Below, one piece after another: positions 45,209-53,318 of a stretch of 64,000 bases of DNA. The DNA is from Acutalibacteraceae bacterium. GTDB lineage: Bacteria > Bacillota > Clostridia > Oscillospirales > Acutalibacteraceae. The stretch covers positions 11,610 to 75,609 of the forward strand of contig JAZULH010000020.1 of the NCBI GenBank assembly GCA_045602985.1, read 5' to 3'. The notes below the pieces were generated by a model. The model had not been told where the DNA came from. It searched no databases and saw only the letters and a list, made by a program, of their open reading frames with translations. Both the position numbers and the translations under genes were made by a program. How positions within the stretch are numbered: position 1 is the stretch's first letter; every line of letters begins with the position of its first letter.

Positions 45209-45727
45209 ATGATTAAAGATTATCTTGAAATAGGACAGATTGTCAGCACACACGGTGTAAGGGGAGAGGTTCGTCTTAATCCTTGGTGCGATGGCCCTGA
45301 GTTTGTCAAAAAATTTAAAACCCTTTACCGTGATGATAAGGGACAGACATCCTTTAAGGTTATATCCTGCCGTCCCCACGGCAATGTTGCTGTTGTAAAG
45401 CTGGAGGGTGTTGATACTGTCGAGGCGGCAAGGGCATTGAAAAACACCGTGCTTTATATGAAGCGTACCGATGTTAAGCTGCCTGACGGCAAATGGTTTA
45501 TTAGTGAGCTTATAGGTTGTCAGGTGTTGGATGCTGATGATAACAGCCTGTCTTATGGCGTTATTACAGATGTGGATTCAGGTCTTGCAAACGATGTGTG
45601 GTACATAAAAACAAATGGCGGACAAGAGGTTCTTATACCTGCCATTAAGGATGTTGTTATCAGGTGTGATATTGAGAATAACAAGGTATACATCCGTCCG
45701 TTAAGGGGGCTTTTTGATGAGAATTGA
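45209..45727 (+). CDS. rimM: 16S rRNA processing protein RimM
   Basis: IGQIVSTHGVRGEVR, a PRC-barrel C-terminus, and overlap with trmD. Confidence 0.9.
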   Translation: MIKDYLEIGQIVSTHGVRGEVRLNPWCDGPEFVKKFKTLYRDDKGQTSFKVISCRPHGNVAVVKLEGVDTVEAARALKNTVLYMKRTDVKLPDGKWFISELIGCQVLDADDNSLSYGVITDVDSGLANDVWYIKTNGGQEVLIPAIKDVVIRCDIENNKVYIRPLRGLFDEN

Positions 45728-46451
45728 TATATTGACTCTTTTTCCCGATATGTGCGAAGCAGTAATGGGGGAGAGCATTGTCGGCAGAGCTCGTAAGGCA
45801 GGCAAGGTGGAAATAAATTTCCACCAGATTCGTGATTTTGCAATTAATAAGCATAATCAGGTGGATGATACTCCCTACGGTGGGGGTGCAGGTATGCTTA
45901 TGATGCCTCAGCCCATATATGATTGCTTTATGAATATTTGCGAACAGGCAGGAACACGTCCACACCTTATTTATATGTCACCTTGCGGTAAAACCCTTAC
46001 CCAGGAGCGTGTAAAGGAATTGGCAGAGCTTCCGAATATTGCTATCCTTTGCGGTAGATACGAGGGCGTTGACCAACGTGTTATTGATGAAATTGTTGAT
46101 GAGGAAATCTCAATTGGTGACTACGTTGTCACAGGCGGGGAAATGCCTGCAATGATACTTGCGGATGCTGTCTCCCGTATGCTGCCGGGTGTGCTTTCCC
46201 AGCCGGAGGGCTATATGGGTGAAAGTCATTATTCATCATTACTTGAGTACCCACAGTATACAAAGCCGCCTGTGTGGCACGAAAAAGAGGTGCCCGAGGT
46301 TCTGTCATCCGGTCACCACGCCAATATAAAAAAATGGCAACGGGAAAAGGCAATTGAACGTACCTTCCGCCGTCGACCGGAGCTTCTTGATAATGCAGAG
46401 CTTTCAAAAAAAGAAAGAGAGTTTTTGAATCAATTAAAAGAATCTGAATAA
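45714..46451 (+). CDS. trmD: tRNA (guanine37-N1)-methyltransferase
   Basis: Contains IDILTLFP.M, DDTPYGGG.GM, CGRYEGVDQRV and GDYVVTGGE. Confidence 0.95.
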   Translation: MMRIDILTLFPDMCEAVMGESIVGRARKAGKVEINFHQIRDFAINKHNQVDDTPYGGGAGMLMMPQPIYDCFMNICEQAGTRPHLIYMSPCGKTLTQERVKELAELPNIAILCGRYEGVDQRVIDEIVDEEISIGDYVVTGGEMPAMILADAVSRMLPGVLSQPEGYMGESHYSSLLEYPQYTKPPVWHEKEVPEVLSSGHHANIKKWQREKAIERTFRRRPELLDNAELSKKEREFLNQLKESE

Positions 46452-46456
46452 AATAA

Positions 46457-46510
46457 ATAACCCTTGACCGGTTTTCTAACTACCTGTCAAGGGTTATTTA
46501 TGTTCTATTT
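46457..46510 (+). terminator. Intrinsic terminator after trmD
   Basis: 12 bp stem ataacccttgac pairs with gtcaagggttat with a 17 nt loop, followed by a T-rich tail. Confidence 0.6.
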
Positions 46511-46702
46511 TAGTATCTAACATCTTTTTGTATACCTCTCTTTCATTGATTAGGCCGTCCCTTCCTCGCCGTTACTACATTTCCTGAATACTGTTTTTCA
46601 TTTTCCCGTAGGGGGGATTTTCCTTTATTCTGATGTAATCGTTCTTGAAAGTTCTGTCCTTCAGGTTTAACACCTTAAAACGCATTGTGTTTTAAACTTT
46701 AG

Positions 46703-46817
46703 TTGTACATGGGTACCACACTTTCGTTTTATATTTTATTTTGCGTTTTGTTTGTGCATTGGAATCACGCCTTTTATTTATTTTGCGTTTTTACTTGTAC
46801 ACCGGTATCACCCTTTC
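46703..46817. repeat. Three imperfect ~23 nt direct repeats interleaved with an exact 14 nt repeat (iteron-like array)
   Basis: TTGTACATGGGTACCACACTTTC (46703-25), TTGTGCATTGGAATCACGCCTTT (46752-74) and TTGTACACCGGTATCACCCTTTC (46795-817). Copies 1 and 3 are 19/23 identical. TTATTTTGCGTTTT is exact at 46736-49 and 46778-91. Confidence 0.7.
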
Positions 46818-46929
46818 TTCACCTATATAGTAGCATGGTTTTTTGTGGGTTTCAATTCGCATTTTTTATGAATGTTAAAGCCTGTGTTTATGCAAAACAC
46901 AGAAATTATTTCGAGGTTTTGTTAAAGTA

Positions 46930-46959
46930 TTGACAAAGTGTATATATTTTTGATATACT
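46930..46959 (+). promoter_or_regulatory. Strong orphan promoter-like element
   Basis: TTGACA (46930-35), 18 nt spacer, then TGaTATACT, an extended -10 (46951-59). Confidence 0.5.
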
Positions 46960-46969
46960 GTTTTTGTTG

Positions 46970-46994
46970 GCCGTTCGCAGAACGGCGTTTTTTT
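46970..46994 (+). terminator. Intrinsic terminator about 10 nt downstream of the orphan promoter
   Basis: Stem gccgttc pairs with gaacggc, followed by GTTTTTTT. Confidence 0.65.
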
Positions 46995-47171
46995 ATGCCT
47001 TTTTACGGTTTTTCGCTTAAGTGAATGAGTATTCGCCTACTTATTGGTTATGTTTAATAATATGTTTCTACAATTATTGTTAATTTGCACAAATCACAAT
47101 TCTTTTTTTTGCAAAGGTTTAGTGTTCTAACCGAATTATGGATTTTGTGGGAAAATGTTGGCTTTTTTTCG

Positions 47172-47199
47172 TTGACTAAAATTAAAATGGTGATATAAT
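47172..47199 (+). promoter_or_regulatory. Promoter of ptsH
   Basis: TTGACT (47172-77), 16 nt spacer, then TGaTATAAT, an extended -10 (47191-99). Confidence 0.65.
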
Positions 47200-47281
47200 A
47201 TAGTGAGTGATATGCATATAAAAATATGCTTTTTGCGACAGTTGGATTATATCAAAATAATTTGAATGTGGGAGAATTATT

Positions 47282-47545
47282 ATGTACGTTAAAGATGTAA
47301 CAGTTCAGAATCAGGTTGGTCTTCACGCTCGTCCGGCAACATTCTTCATTCAGAAGGCAAATGAGTTCAAGGCTTCAATTTGGCTTGAGAAAGAAGAAAG
47401 ACGCGTTAATGCAAAGAGCCTTCTCGGTGTGCTTTCACTCGGTATTATGGGTGGCACAGAGATTCGCATCATTGCAGGCGGTGTTGACGAGGAACAGGCA
47501 GTTAATGCACTTGTAGCACTTGTTGAAAGTGGTTTTGCTGAATAA
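47282..47545 (+). CDS. ptsH: Phosphocarrier protein HPr
   Basis: Both the His15 site (GLHARPA) and the Ser46 regulatory site (NAKSLLGVLSLG) are present. Length is 87 aa. Confidence 0.9.
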   Translation: MYVKDVTVQNQVGLHARPATFFIQKANEFKASIWLEKEERRVNAKSLLGVLSLGIMGGTEIRIIAGGVDEEQAVNALVALVESGFAE

Positions 47546-47563
47546 TTAAACTGTTAATTACGA

Positions 47564-47596
47564 AGCGGTGAAGGTGTCCCTTTACCGCTTTTTTGT
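47564..47596 (+). terminator. Intrinsic terminator of ptsH
   Basis: Stem aagcggtgaagg pairs with cctttaccgctt (one G-U), followed by TTTTTTG. It lies inside the over-long uvrC track ORF. Confidence 0.8.
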
Positions 47597-47618
47597 TGTT
47601 TTGAAGGTAGGTGAGTAT

Positions 47619-49451
47619 ATGGAACAACGTCTGCGCAGATTGAAGGATAAAGCCAATAAGCTGCCATTGTCACCCGGCGTTTATATTATGAAGGACAAGG
47701 ATGGCAAAATCATATATATCGGTAAGGCGAAGGCATTGAAAAATCGTGTCAGTCAGTATTTCGGTTCCCAGGAAAAACACCTGACAAAGGTTCGCCGTAT
47801 GGTGGAAAATGTGCAGGATTTTGACTATATACTTACTGATAGTGAGTTTGAAGCACTTGTCCTTGAGTGCAGTCTTATTAAACAAAATATGCCCAAATAC
47901 AACATTCTTCTGAAGGATGATAAGGGCTTCAGTTATATTAAAATAACACGTGGCTGGCGTAATATTTTTGCTGTTCTGCAAAAGGATGACCCAGATGCGG
48001 ATTATCTGGGACCTTATACTGCAGGCTTTTCTGTAACAAGGGCGGTTGAACAGGCTAAAAAGATATATAAACTGCCTACCTGTAACAAGGTTTTCCCCCG
48101 GGACGCAGGAAAAGGCAGGCCCTGCCTTAATTATCACCTTGGTCTGTGTTGTGCACCCTGCTCCGGTAAGCTCAGCTTAAAGGATTACCTGGAAAATGTG
48201 GATGCCGCATTGGATTTTCTTAAGTTCGGCGGTAAGGAAACGATAAAAAAGCTGACTGAGCAAATGGAAGCGGCTTCTGAGAATCTCGAGTTTGAAAAAG
48301 CTGCGAGGATAAGAGATACTATACGCAGTATTGAAAAGGTGGGCAGCAGTCAGAAGGTTGTATCATCTACTTATAAGGAGCAGGATGTTTTTGCTCTTAA
48401 TGTGATGGAGTCAAAGGCTTGCTTTGCGGTACTGCGCTTTAATGATCACAGCCTTTTTGATTCGGAGCATTTTTTCGCGGATGAAACAGGCTCTCCGGAA
48501 GGGATGCGTGCCGAATTTATTCTGTCCTACTATTCAATGGACAGGAGAATACCTCCTCGTATAGAGGTGGACGGAGAAGTTGAGGACAGCGAAAATATCT
48601 GTAGATACCTTTCACAAAGGCGAGGCTCTAATGTAACTATTGTAGTACCCCAAAAGGGGGAGCAGGCACGCCTGGTTGAGATGTGCAAAGCAAATGCAGT
48701 CCAGAAGCTTTCTGAAAAGTATCTGGGCAAGGACAGAAGCCGTGATGCGCTTGAAGAATTAGGGCTTATGCTTGGTATGAAAGAGGTTCCGCAATATATA
48801 GAGGCATACGATATCTCTCATACAGGTGGCAGTAACAACGTTGCAGGTATGGTTGTTTTTGAAAACGGAAAGCCTCTTAAAAGTGCTTACAGGCGGTTTT
48901 CTATAAAAGGCTTCTCCGGTCAGGATGATTATCGTTCAATGGCAGAGGTTATTGACAGACGTCTGACTGAATATAAAAAGCATTCGGATTTGGGCGAGCA
49001 AGACGGATTTGCCAGACTGCCTGATCTGATACTTCTGGATGGTGGCAAGGGGCAGGTTAATGCGGTCATTCCCGTAATGGAGCACCACGGCGTGGGCGTA
49101 CCGCTGTTTGGTATGGTTAAGGACAGCAAGCACCGTACCTCAGCCATTTCAACGGGTGGCGGACGAATCGATTTTAACGCACGCAAAAAAGCATTTAAGC
49201 TTGTTACCGAAATTCAGGATGAGGTTCACCGTTATGCTGTTGCATACCACAGGAAAAAACACACAAAATCTGCGCTTTCGGCGGCTCTTACCGAGATTAA
49301 GGGTATTGGGTCCGCAAAAGCAAAAGGCTTAATGATAAAGTTCGGTACATTGGAAAGAATAGGTAATGCTACCCCTGAAGAGCTAATGAGTGTAAAGGGG
49401 ATTACTGCGGAAAATGTTAAAGAAATCCAAAAAACATTCAATGGTGAGTGA
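47619..49451 (+). CDS. uvrC: Excinuclease ABC subunit C
   Basis: GIY-YIG N-terminus (PGVYIMKD..GKIIYIGKAK.L..RV..YF), UVR domain, and C-terminal (HhH)2. Start is at MEQRLR behind AGGTGAG. Confidence 0.95.
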   Translation: MEQRLRRLKDKANKLPLSPGVYIMKDKDGKIIYIGKAKALKNRVSQYFGSQEKHLTKVRRMVENVQDFDYILTDSEFEALVLECSLIKQNMPKYNILLKDDKGFSYIKITRGWRNIFAVLQKDDPDADYLGPYTAGFSVTRAVEQAKKIYKLPTCNKVFPRDAGKGRPCLNYHLGLCCAPCSGKLSLKDYLENVDAALDFLKFGGKETIKKLTEQMEAASENLEFEKAARIRDTIRSIEKVGSSQKVVSSTYKEQDVFALNVMESKACFAVLRFNDHSLFDSEHFFADETGSPEGMRAEFILSYYSMDRRIPPRIEVDGEVEDSENICRYLSQRRGSNVTIVVPQKGEQARLVEMCKANAVQKLSEKYLGKDRSRDALEELGLMLGMKEVPQYIEAYDISHTGGSNNVAGMVVFENGKPLKSAYRRFSIKGFSGQDDYRSMAEVIDRRLTEYKKHSDLGEQDGFARLPDLILLDGGKGQVNAVIPVMEHHGVGVPLFGMVKDSKHRTSAISTGGGRIDFNARKKAFKLVTEIQDEVHRYAVAYHRKKHTKSALSAALTEIKGIGSAKAKGLMIKFGTLERIGNATPEELMSVKGITAENVKEIQKTFNGE

Positions 49452-49508
49452 TTTTAAAGGGTTTTGTGTGAATTTGTTGTTTTTTGTCGCTTAAAAGCCC
49501 CAAAAAAC

Positions 49509-49537
49509 TTGACAAACACCACGATTTAATGTAATAA
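49509..49537 (+). promoter_or_regulatory. Promoter of rsmD-coaD
   Basis: TTGACA (49509-14), 17 nt spacer, TAATAA. It shares the 13-mer CTTGACAAACACC with the ylxM promoter. Confidence 0.55.
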
Positions 49538-49598
49538 TAAAATGATTTCATATATATGTTTGTATGGAAAAGATTTTTGCTTTTTAAGGAGCGTATTT

Positions 49599-50144
49599 AT
49601 GCGCGTTATAACAGGTTCGGCAAGGGGCAGACGCCTTAAAACCCTTGAGGGTGACAGCGTGCGTCCCACAACCGACAAGGTTAAGGAATCAATATTTAAC
49701 ATCATACAGTTTGATGTTGAAGGCGCCCGTGTTCTTGATATGTTCTGCGGTTGCGGTCAGCTTGGTGTCGAGGCTTTGAGCCGTGGTGCGGAATTTGCCG
49801 TTTTTACGGATATTTCCCGTCAGTCCATTGCCGTTACCGAGGAAAACCTTGAGCACACAGGCTTCAGAAATATTGCAAAGACTGTTGTTACCGATTCGTT
49901 ATCATACCTTGACAGAACGTCTGAGGTTTTCGATATAGCCTTCCTTGATCCCCCGTACAGGGCAGGTATTATGGAGGATGCAATCGAAAGGGTGCGTCTT
50001 CATATTGCAGAGGGCGGTATTATAGTGTGCGAGACTGATTCGCACGAGGTTCTGCCTGAGGATATTGAGGGCTTTGCTTCAAAGCGCTATAAGTACGGTA
50101 AAATTGCACTTACTATTTACAGAAAGGGTGCTTCAAATGGGTAA
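49599..50144 (+). CDS. rsmD: 16S rRNA (guanine966-N2)-methyltransferase RsmD
   Basis: MRVITGSARGRRL......RPT.D.VKE..FN, and the DPPY motif (FLDPPY). Confidence 0.9.
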   Translation: MRVITGSARGRRLKTLEGDSVRPTTDKVKESIFNIIQFDVEGARVLDMFCGCGQLGVEALSRGAEFAVFTDISRQSIAVTEENLEHTGFRNIAKTVVTDSLSYLDRTSEVFDIAFLDPPYRAGIMEDAIERVRLHIAEGGIIVCETDSHEVLPEDIEGFASKRYKYGKIALTIYRKGASNG

Positions 50145-50625
50145 GACCGTTATCTGTCCCGGTAGCTTTGATCCTCTTACTATAGGTCACCTTGATATTA
50201 TTAAAAGATCATCAAATATTTTTGACAAGGTTATTGTTGTGGTGATGCGTAACCTGAGCAAGGATATCGGCAGCTTTACCACAGAGGAACGTGTTGAGTT
50301 TATCAAGCGTTGTACAAAGGATATACCTAATGTTGAGGTGGATACTTACGCAGGACTTCTTGCTGATTATGCCCGTCGAAAGGGTGCTTCGGCAGTTGTT
50401 AAGGGCTTGAGGGCTATTTCGGATTATGACGATGAATTTCGTCAGGCTCTCACGAACCAAAAGCTTAATCCGGAAATGGAGACCATTTTTATGGTTTCAA
50501 ACGCTGAGCATATGTTTCTAAGCTCAAGTGTAGTTAAAGAAGTTTGCAAATTAGGCGGAGATATCACAGACTTTGTCCCTGCTGAAATTTGTGACGATAT
50601 AAAAAAACGATTAGGTAAGCTATAA
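50137..50625 (+). CDS. coaD: Phosphopantetheine adenylyltransferase
   Basis: CPGSFDP.T.GHLDII.R, with ISSS..KE near the C-terminus. It overlaps rsmD by 8 nt. Confidence 0.95.
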   Translation: MGKTVICPGSFDPLTIGHLDIIKRSSNIFDKVIVVVMRNLSKDIGSFTTEERVEFIKRCTKDIPNVEVDTYAGLLADYARRKGASAVVKGLRAISDYDDEFRQALTNQKLNPEMETIFMVSNAEHMFLSSSVVKEVCKLGGDITDFVPAEICDDIKKRLGKL

Positions 50626-50643
50626 ACGAAAGGAACGATTATA

Positions 50644-51198
50644 ATGAGCAACATCGAAACATCACTTGAAAATATTGACAGAATCCTTGCGGAAGCAAAG
50701 GCTATGCCTTTCTCAACAAAGCTTCTTATTGATGAGGAAGAACTTTCAAGACTTGTAGAGGATATTCGTTTGAATATGCCTGTTGAAATTACACAGGCAA
50801 AGAAAATTGCTCAGGAAAGACGTGATATTCTTAATGATGCCGAGGCACATGCTGAGGAGATCATTGACAAAGCACGTCAGAGAGCTGACATTATGATTGA
50901 ACAGCACCAGATTACCAAGGAAGCAAAGGCTGCTGCTGACGGTATTCTCCAGCAGGCAAGGGATGAGGCTGCTGCAGTTCGTGCAGAGGCTAAAACTAAT
51001 GCCCGCGAGATTATGGATAAGGCCGAAAGATGGTCAGATGATATCCGCAGAAGTGCAAGCTCTTATGTTGAAACAATTATCAGAGATACTGACGAAACTC
51101 TCACAAAGAGTGTTAATGAGGTAAGAAAACTCCGTCAGAGTGTTAGAGATGCTTTGTCACAGAATTCAGGTTCTGCAAAGCCTAAATTTGATGAGTAA
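50644..51198 (+). CDS. Coiled-coil protein (ATP-synthase subunit b/E-like heptad region); function unknown
   Basis: 184 aa, rich in A/E/K/R heptads (AQERRDIL.DAEAHAEEIIDKARQRA...). No catalytic motif. Confidence 0.6.
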   Translation: MSNIETSLENIDRILAEAKAMPFSTKLLIDEEELSRLVEDIRLNMPVEITQAKKIAQERRDILNDAEAHAEEIIDKARQRADIMIEQHQITKEAKAAADGILQQARDEAAAVRAEAKTNAREIMDKAERWSDDIRRSASSYVETIIRDTDETLTKSVNEVRKLRQSVRDALSQNSGSAKPKFDE

Positions 51199-51219
51199 TA
51201 TTAAGGTGAATATTGCATA

Positions 51220-53073
51220 ATGGAAAAAGAAAAGTTATGTTTACGCTGTATGAGGAAGATTGGCAACAGCAGTGTTTGTCCTTATTGCCGCAATGAAAAA
51301 AGCGGTCCGCAGAAGGACCCGTATCTTCCTTTGAAAACCGTTGTGGGCGGACGCTACCTTGTGGGTAAGGTTGTCGACAGCAACGGTGAAGGCTCTACAT
51401 ATAACGCCTTCGATATGGAGGCAAAGCGCCCTGTTACACTCCGCGAGCTTTATCCCAAGGGCTTGCTCTCCAGGGGTGAGGGTAACTATTGCCTCGTAAA
51501 TGTGGGTAAGGCCTCTGAGTTTATTGATGCAAAGGACGATTTCGTTAAGCTTTGGCGTAAGCTCTCTACCTTGACAGGCTATAAGGCACTTACTCCCGCA
51601 ACAGATGTTTTTGAGGATCTGGGTACTGTTTATGCAGTAAGTGAATTCCTCGGTGAGGGACAGACTCTTCGTGAGTATCTGCTTAATAAAGAACAGGGCT
51701 ACATCTCCTGGGAGGAGGCAAGGGTTCTTTTTATGCCCGTGCTTTCAGCTCTGGGTGAACTTCATGCCGCAGGCATTGTTCACGGCGGTATTTCTCCCAC
51801 TACTCTTGTTATTGATGCTAATGGCAAATTACGGATTACAGGTTATTGCATTTCTCCCATCCGTACCGAAAAAAGCTTTATGGAAAGCGAGCTGTTTGAT
51901 GGATATGCAGCTGTTGAACAGTACGGTATGAGCAGTGGCTTGGGTGCACACTCTGATATTTACGCTTTTGCTGCGGTGCTTTACAGAGCACTTATCGGAA
52001 GCACACCCATAAGTGCAGCATCAAGGCTCACTAATGACAAGCTTATGATTCCCGGTAAATTTGCCGAGCAGCTGCCTGCGTATGTTATTAATGCGCTGGT
52101 TAACGCTTTGCAGATTTTGCCTGATGACAGAACAAGCTCTGCAGAACAGCTCAGGGATGAGCTTTCAGCGTCACCTGCGGCTGCAGGTACAGCAGCAGAG
52201 GCTTATTCATCCGCTTATGCAACAATGGATGATATTTATTCAGACTCCATGTCATCCCTTGAACCCTTTGATGAGGTTGATGAGGAATTCGAGGAATATT
52301 CAAACGAACCTCAGGGTGTTAAGAAGAGTACGGTTGCCGTTCTGATTGTCAGCGGTATTCTGTTCCTTGCAATCCTTATTACGGTTGTGGTAGGGTTTGG
52401 TTCCAAGGATAAACCTGAAAACGACCTTTCAACAGAGGAAATTTCAGATACTGTTGAAGATACTGCCATGGAAGATACAACTGAGGATGCAGGTGTTATT
52501 GTTGTTCGTATTCCTGATTTCCGTGGTGAGGAATACGATGACATCAAGAACAACGATGAGTACAAGGGCGTATTTATTTTTAAAACAGAGTACGACGACA
52601 GCGAAGAGGACCGCGGTACTGTAATATCCCAGGATAAAAATGCAGGCAGCGAGATTACCTCTGAGGAGCCGATTACAATCAAGCTTGTTATCAGTAACGG
52701 GCTTTCAGTTCCCGACGTTGAGGGTGACAAGGTAGATAATGCAGTTAAAGAGCTGGAAGATTTAGGCTTCAAGAATATAAAGAAAGAAGCTGCTAAAAAG
52801 GCCTCCGATTCAAAGGAAGAAAATAGGGTTTACCGTGTTGCCTATGAGGATCCCGAAACAGGCGATTGGGCAGAAATTCCCGGTGACGGCAGATTGTCTG
52901 CAGGTGATACAATTATTCTGTATTACTACGCTCCGGCGGAAACAACTGAACCCGAAACAACCGAGAACAAAACTACTACCGAAGGTTCAGATGATTCTGA
53001 AAATACCGAATTAGAGGAAACGGAATCAGCAGATACCGAAGACTCCGGCGAAACTGCAGGTAGCGAGGAATAA
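51220..53073 (+). CDS. Membrane protein: N-terminal Zn-ribbon, degenerate Hanks-type kinase (pseudokinase) domain, TM helix, extracellular PASTA-like repeats and acidic tail
   Basis: CLRC...CPYC zinc ribbon. The kinase fold is recognisable, but the HRDxKxxN position reads HGGISPTT (51781-51804), DFG reads TGY (51838-51846) and VAIK reads VTLR. TM helix VAVLIVSGILFLAILITVVVGF. Two PASTA-like units, including LSVPDVEGDKVDNAVKELEDLGF. Confidence 0.75.
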   Translation: MEKEKLCLRCMRKIGNSSVCPYCRNEKSGPQKDPYLPLKTVVGGRYLVGKVVDSNGEGSTYNAFDMEAKRPVTLRELYPKGLLSRGEGNYCLVNVGKASEFIDAKDDFVKLWRKLSTLTGYKALTPATDVFEDLGTVYAVSEFLGEGQTLREYLLNKEQGYISWEEARVLFMPVLSALGELHAAGIVHGGISPTTLVIDANGKLRITGYCISPIRTEKSFMESELFDGYAAVEQYGMSSGLGAHSDIYAFAAVLYRALIGSTPISAASRLTNDKLMIPGKFAEQLPAYVINALVNALQILPDDRTSSAEQLRDELSASPAAAGTAAEAYSSAYATMDDIYSDSMSSLEPFDEVDEEFEEYSNEPQGVKKSTVAVLIVSGILFLAILITVVVGFGSKDKPENDLSTEEISDTVEDTAMEDTTEDAGVIVVRIPDFRGEEYDDIKNNDEYKGVFIFKTEYDDSEEDRGTVISQDKNAGSEITSEEPITIKLVISNGLSVPDVEGDKVDNAVKELEDLGFKNIKKEAAKKASDSKEENRVYRVAYEDPETGDWAEIPGDGRLSAGDTIILYYYAPAETTEPETTENKTTTEGSDDSENTELEETESADTEDSGETAGSEE

Positions 53074-53082
53074 TTTAATCAA

Positions 53083-53118
53083 AACAGGACAGAATTTGTT
53101 TTCTGTCCTGTTATTTTG
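53083..53118 (+). terminator. Intrinsic terminator
   Basis: 12 bp stem aacaggacagaa pairs with ttctgtcctgtt, followed by ATTTT. Confidence 0.85.
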
Positions 53119-53138
53119 GAAAAAATTAAAATAAACGC

Positions 53139-53167
53139 TTGACAAAAGCAGGCGTACCTGTTATTAT
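53139..53167 (+). promoter_or_regulatory. Promoter of infC-rpmI-rplT
   Basis: TTGACA (53139-44), 17 nt spacer, TATTAT (53162-67). Confidence 0.7.
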
Positions 53168-53169
53168 AT

Positions 53170-53318
53170 TTGAGCAATAAAGCAGAACTGTTCCGTTCTC
53201 ACCAAACGAGAGGTATTGTTTGGTCAATAGCTTAAGTGTTTAACGCAGTAGTTGCGTCAATTTGGCTTGAACGGAATTTTTCGTTCAGGCTTTTAATATT
53301 TTCAGGAGGTGCTTAGGT
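53170..53318 (+). promoter_or_regulatory. Structured leader of the infC operon (L20-leader-like attenuator candidate)
   Basis: The untranslated leader is about 150 nt. The segment ctgttccgttc (53190s) is complementary to gaacggaat, which also forms the hairpin tgaacg/cgttca followed by a T-rich tract. The position matches the Firmicute L20 autoregulatory leader. Confidence 0.5.

Noticed and set aside
46703-46817. CRISPR array
   Set aside because: There are only three degenerate repeats (16-19/23 identity). The spacing is irregular, the intervening sequences are themselves repeated, and there are no cas genes.
46703-46933. 76 aa ORF (MYMGTTLSFYILFCVLF...) in the trmD-ptsH gap
   Set aside because: Its Phe/Cys/Leu-rich composition is simply the translation of T-rich DNA. 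It has no RBS, and it spans the direct repeats. It is almost certainly non-coding.
47213-47234. Hairpin gcatat-aaaa-atatgc plus TTTTT in the ptsH 5' UTR as an attenuator
   Set aside because: The stem is only 6 bp and AT-rich, so its predicted stability is low. There is no recognisable RAT or antiterminator partner.
47568-47618. N-terminal extensions suggested by the ORF track. Affected genes: uvrC 47568, tex 10125, purE 30179, pyrC 20985, rsmD 49542, coaD 50065, mntP 41627, and the GRE and activase starts.
   Set aside because: The extensions run through terminators, riboswitches or promoters, or lack an RBS. The conserved protein N-termini and good Shine-Dalgarno sequences support the internal starts that are reported.
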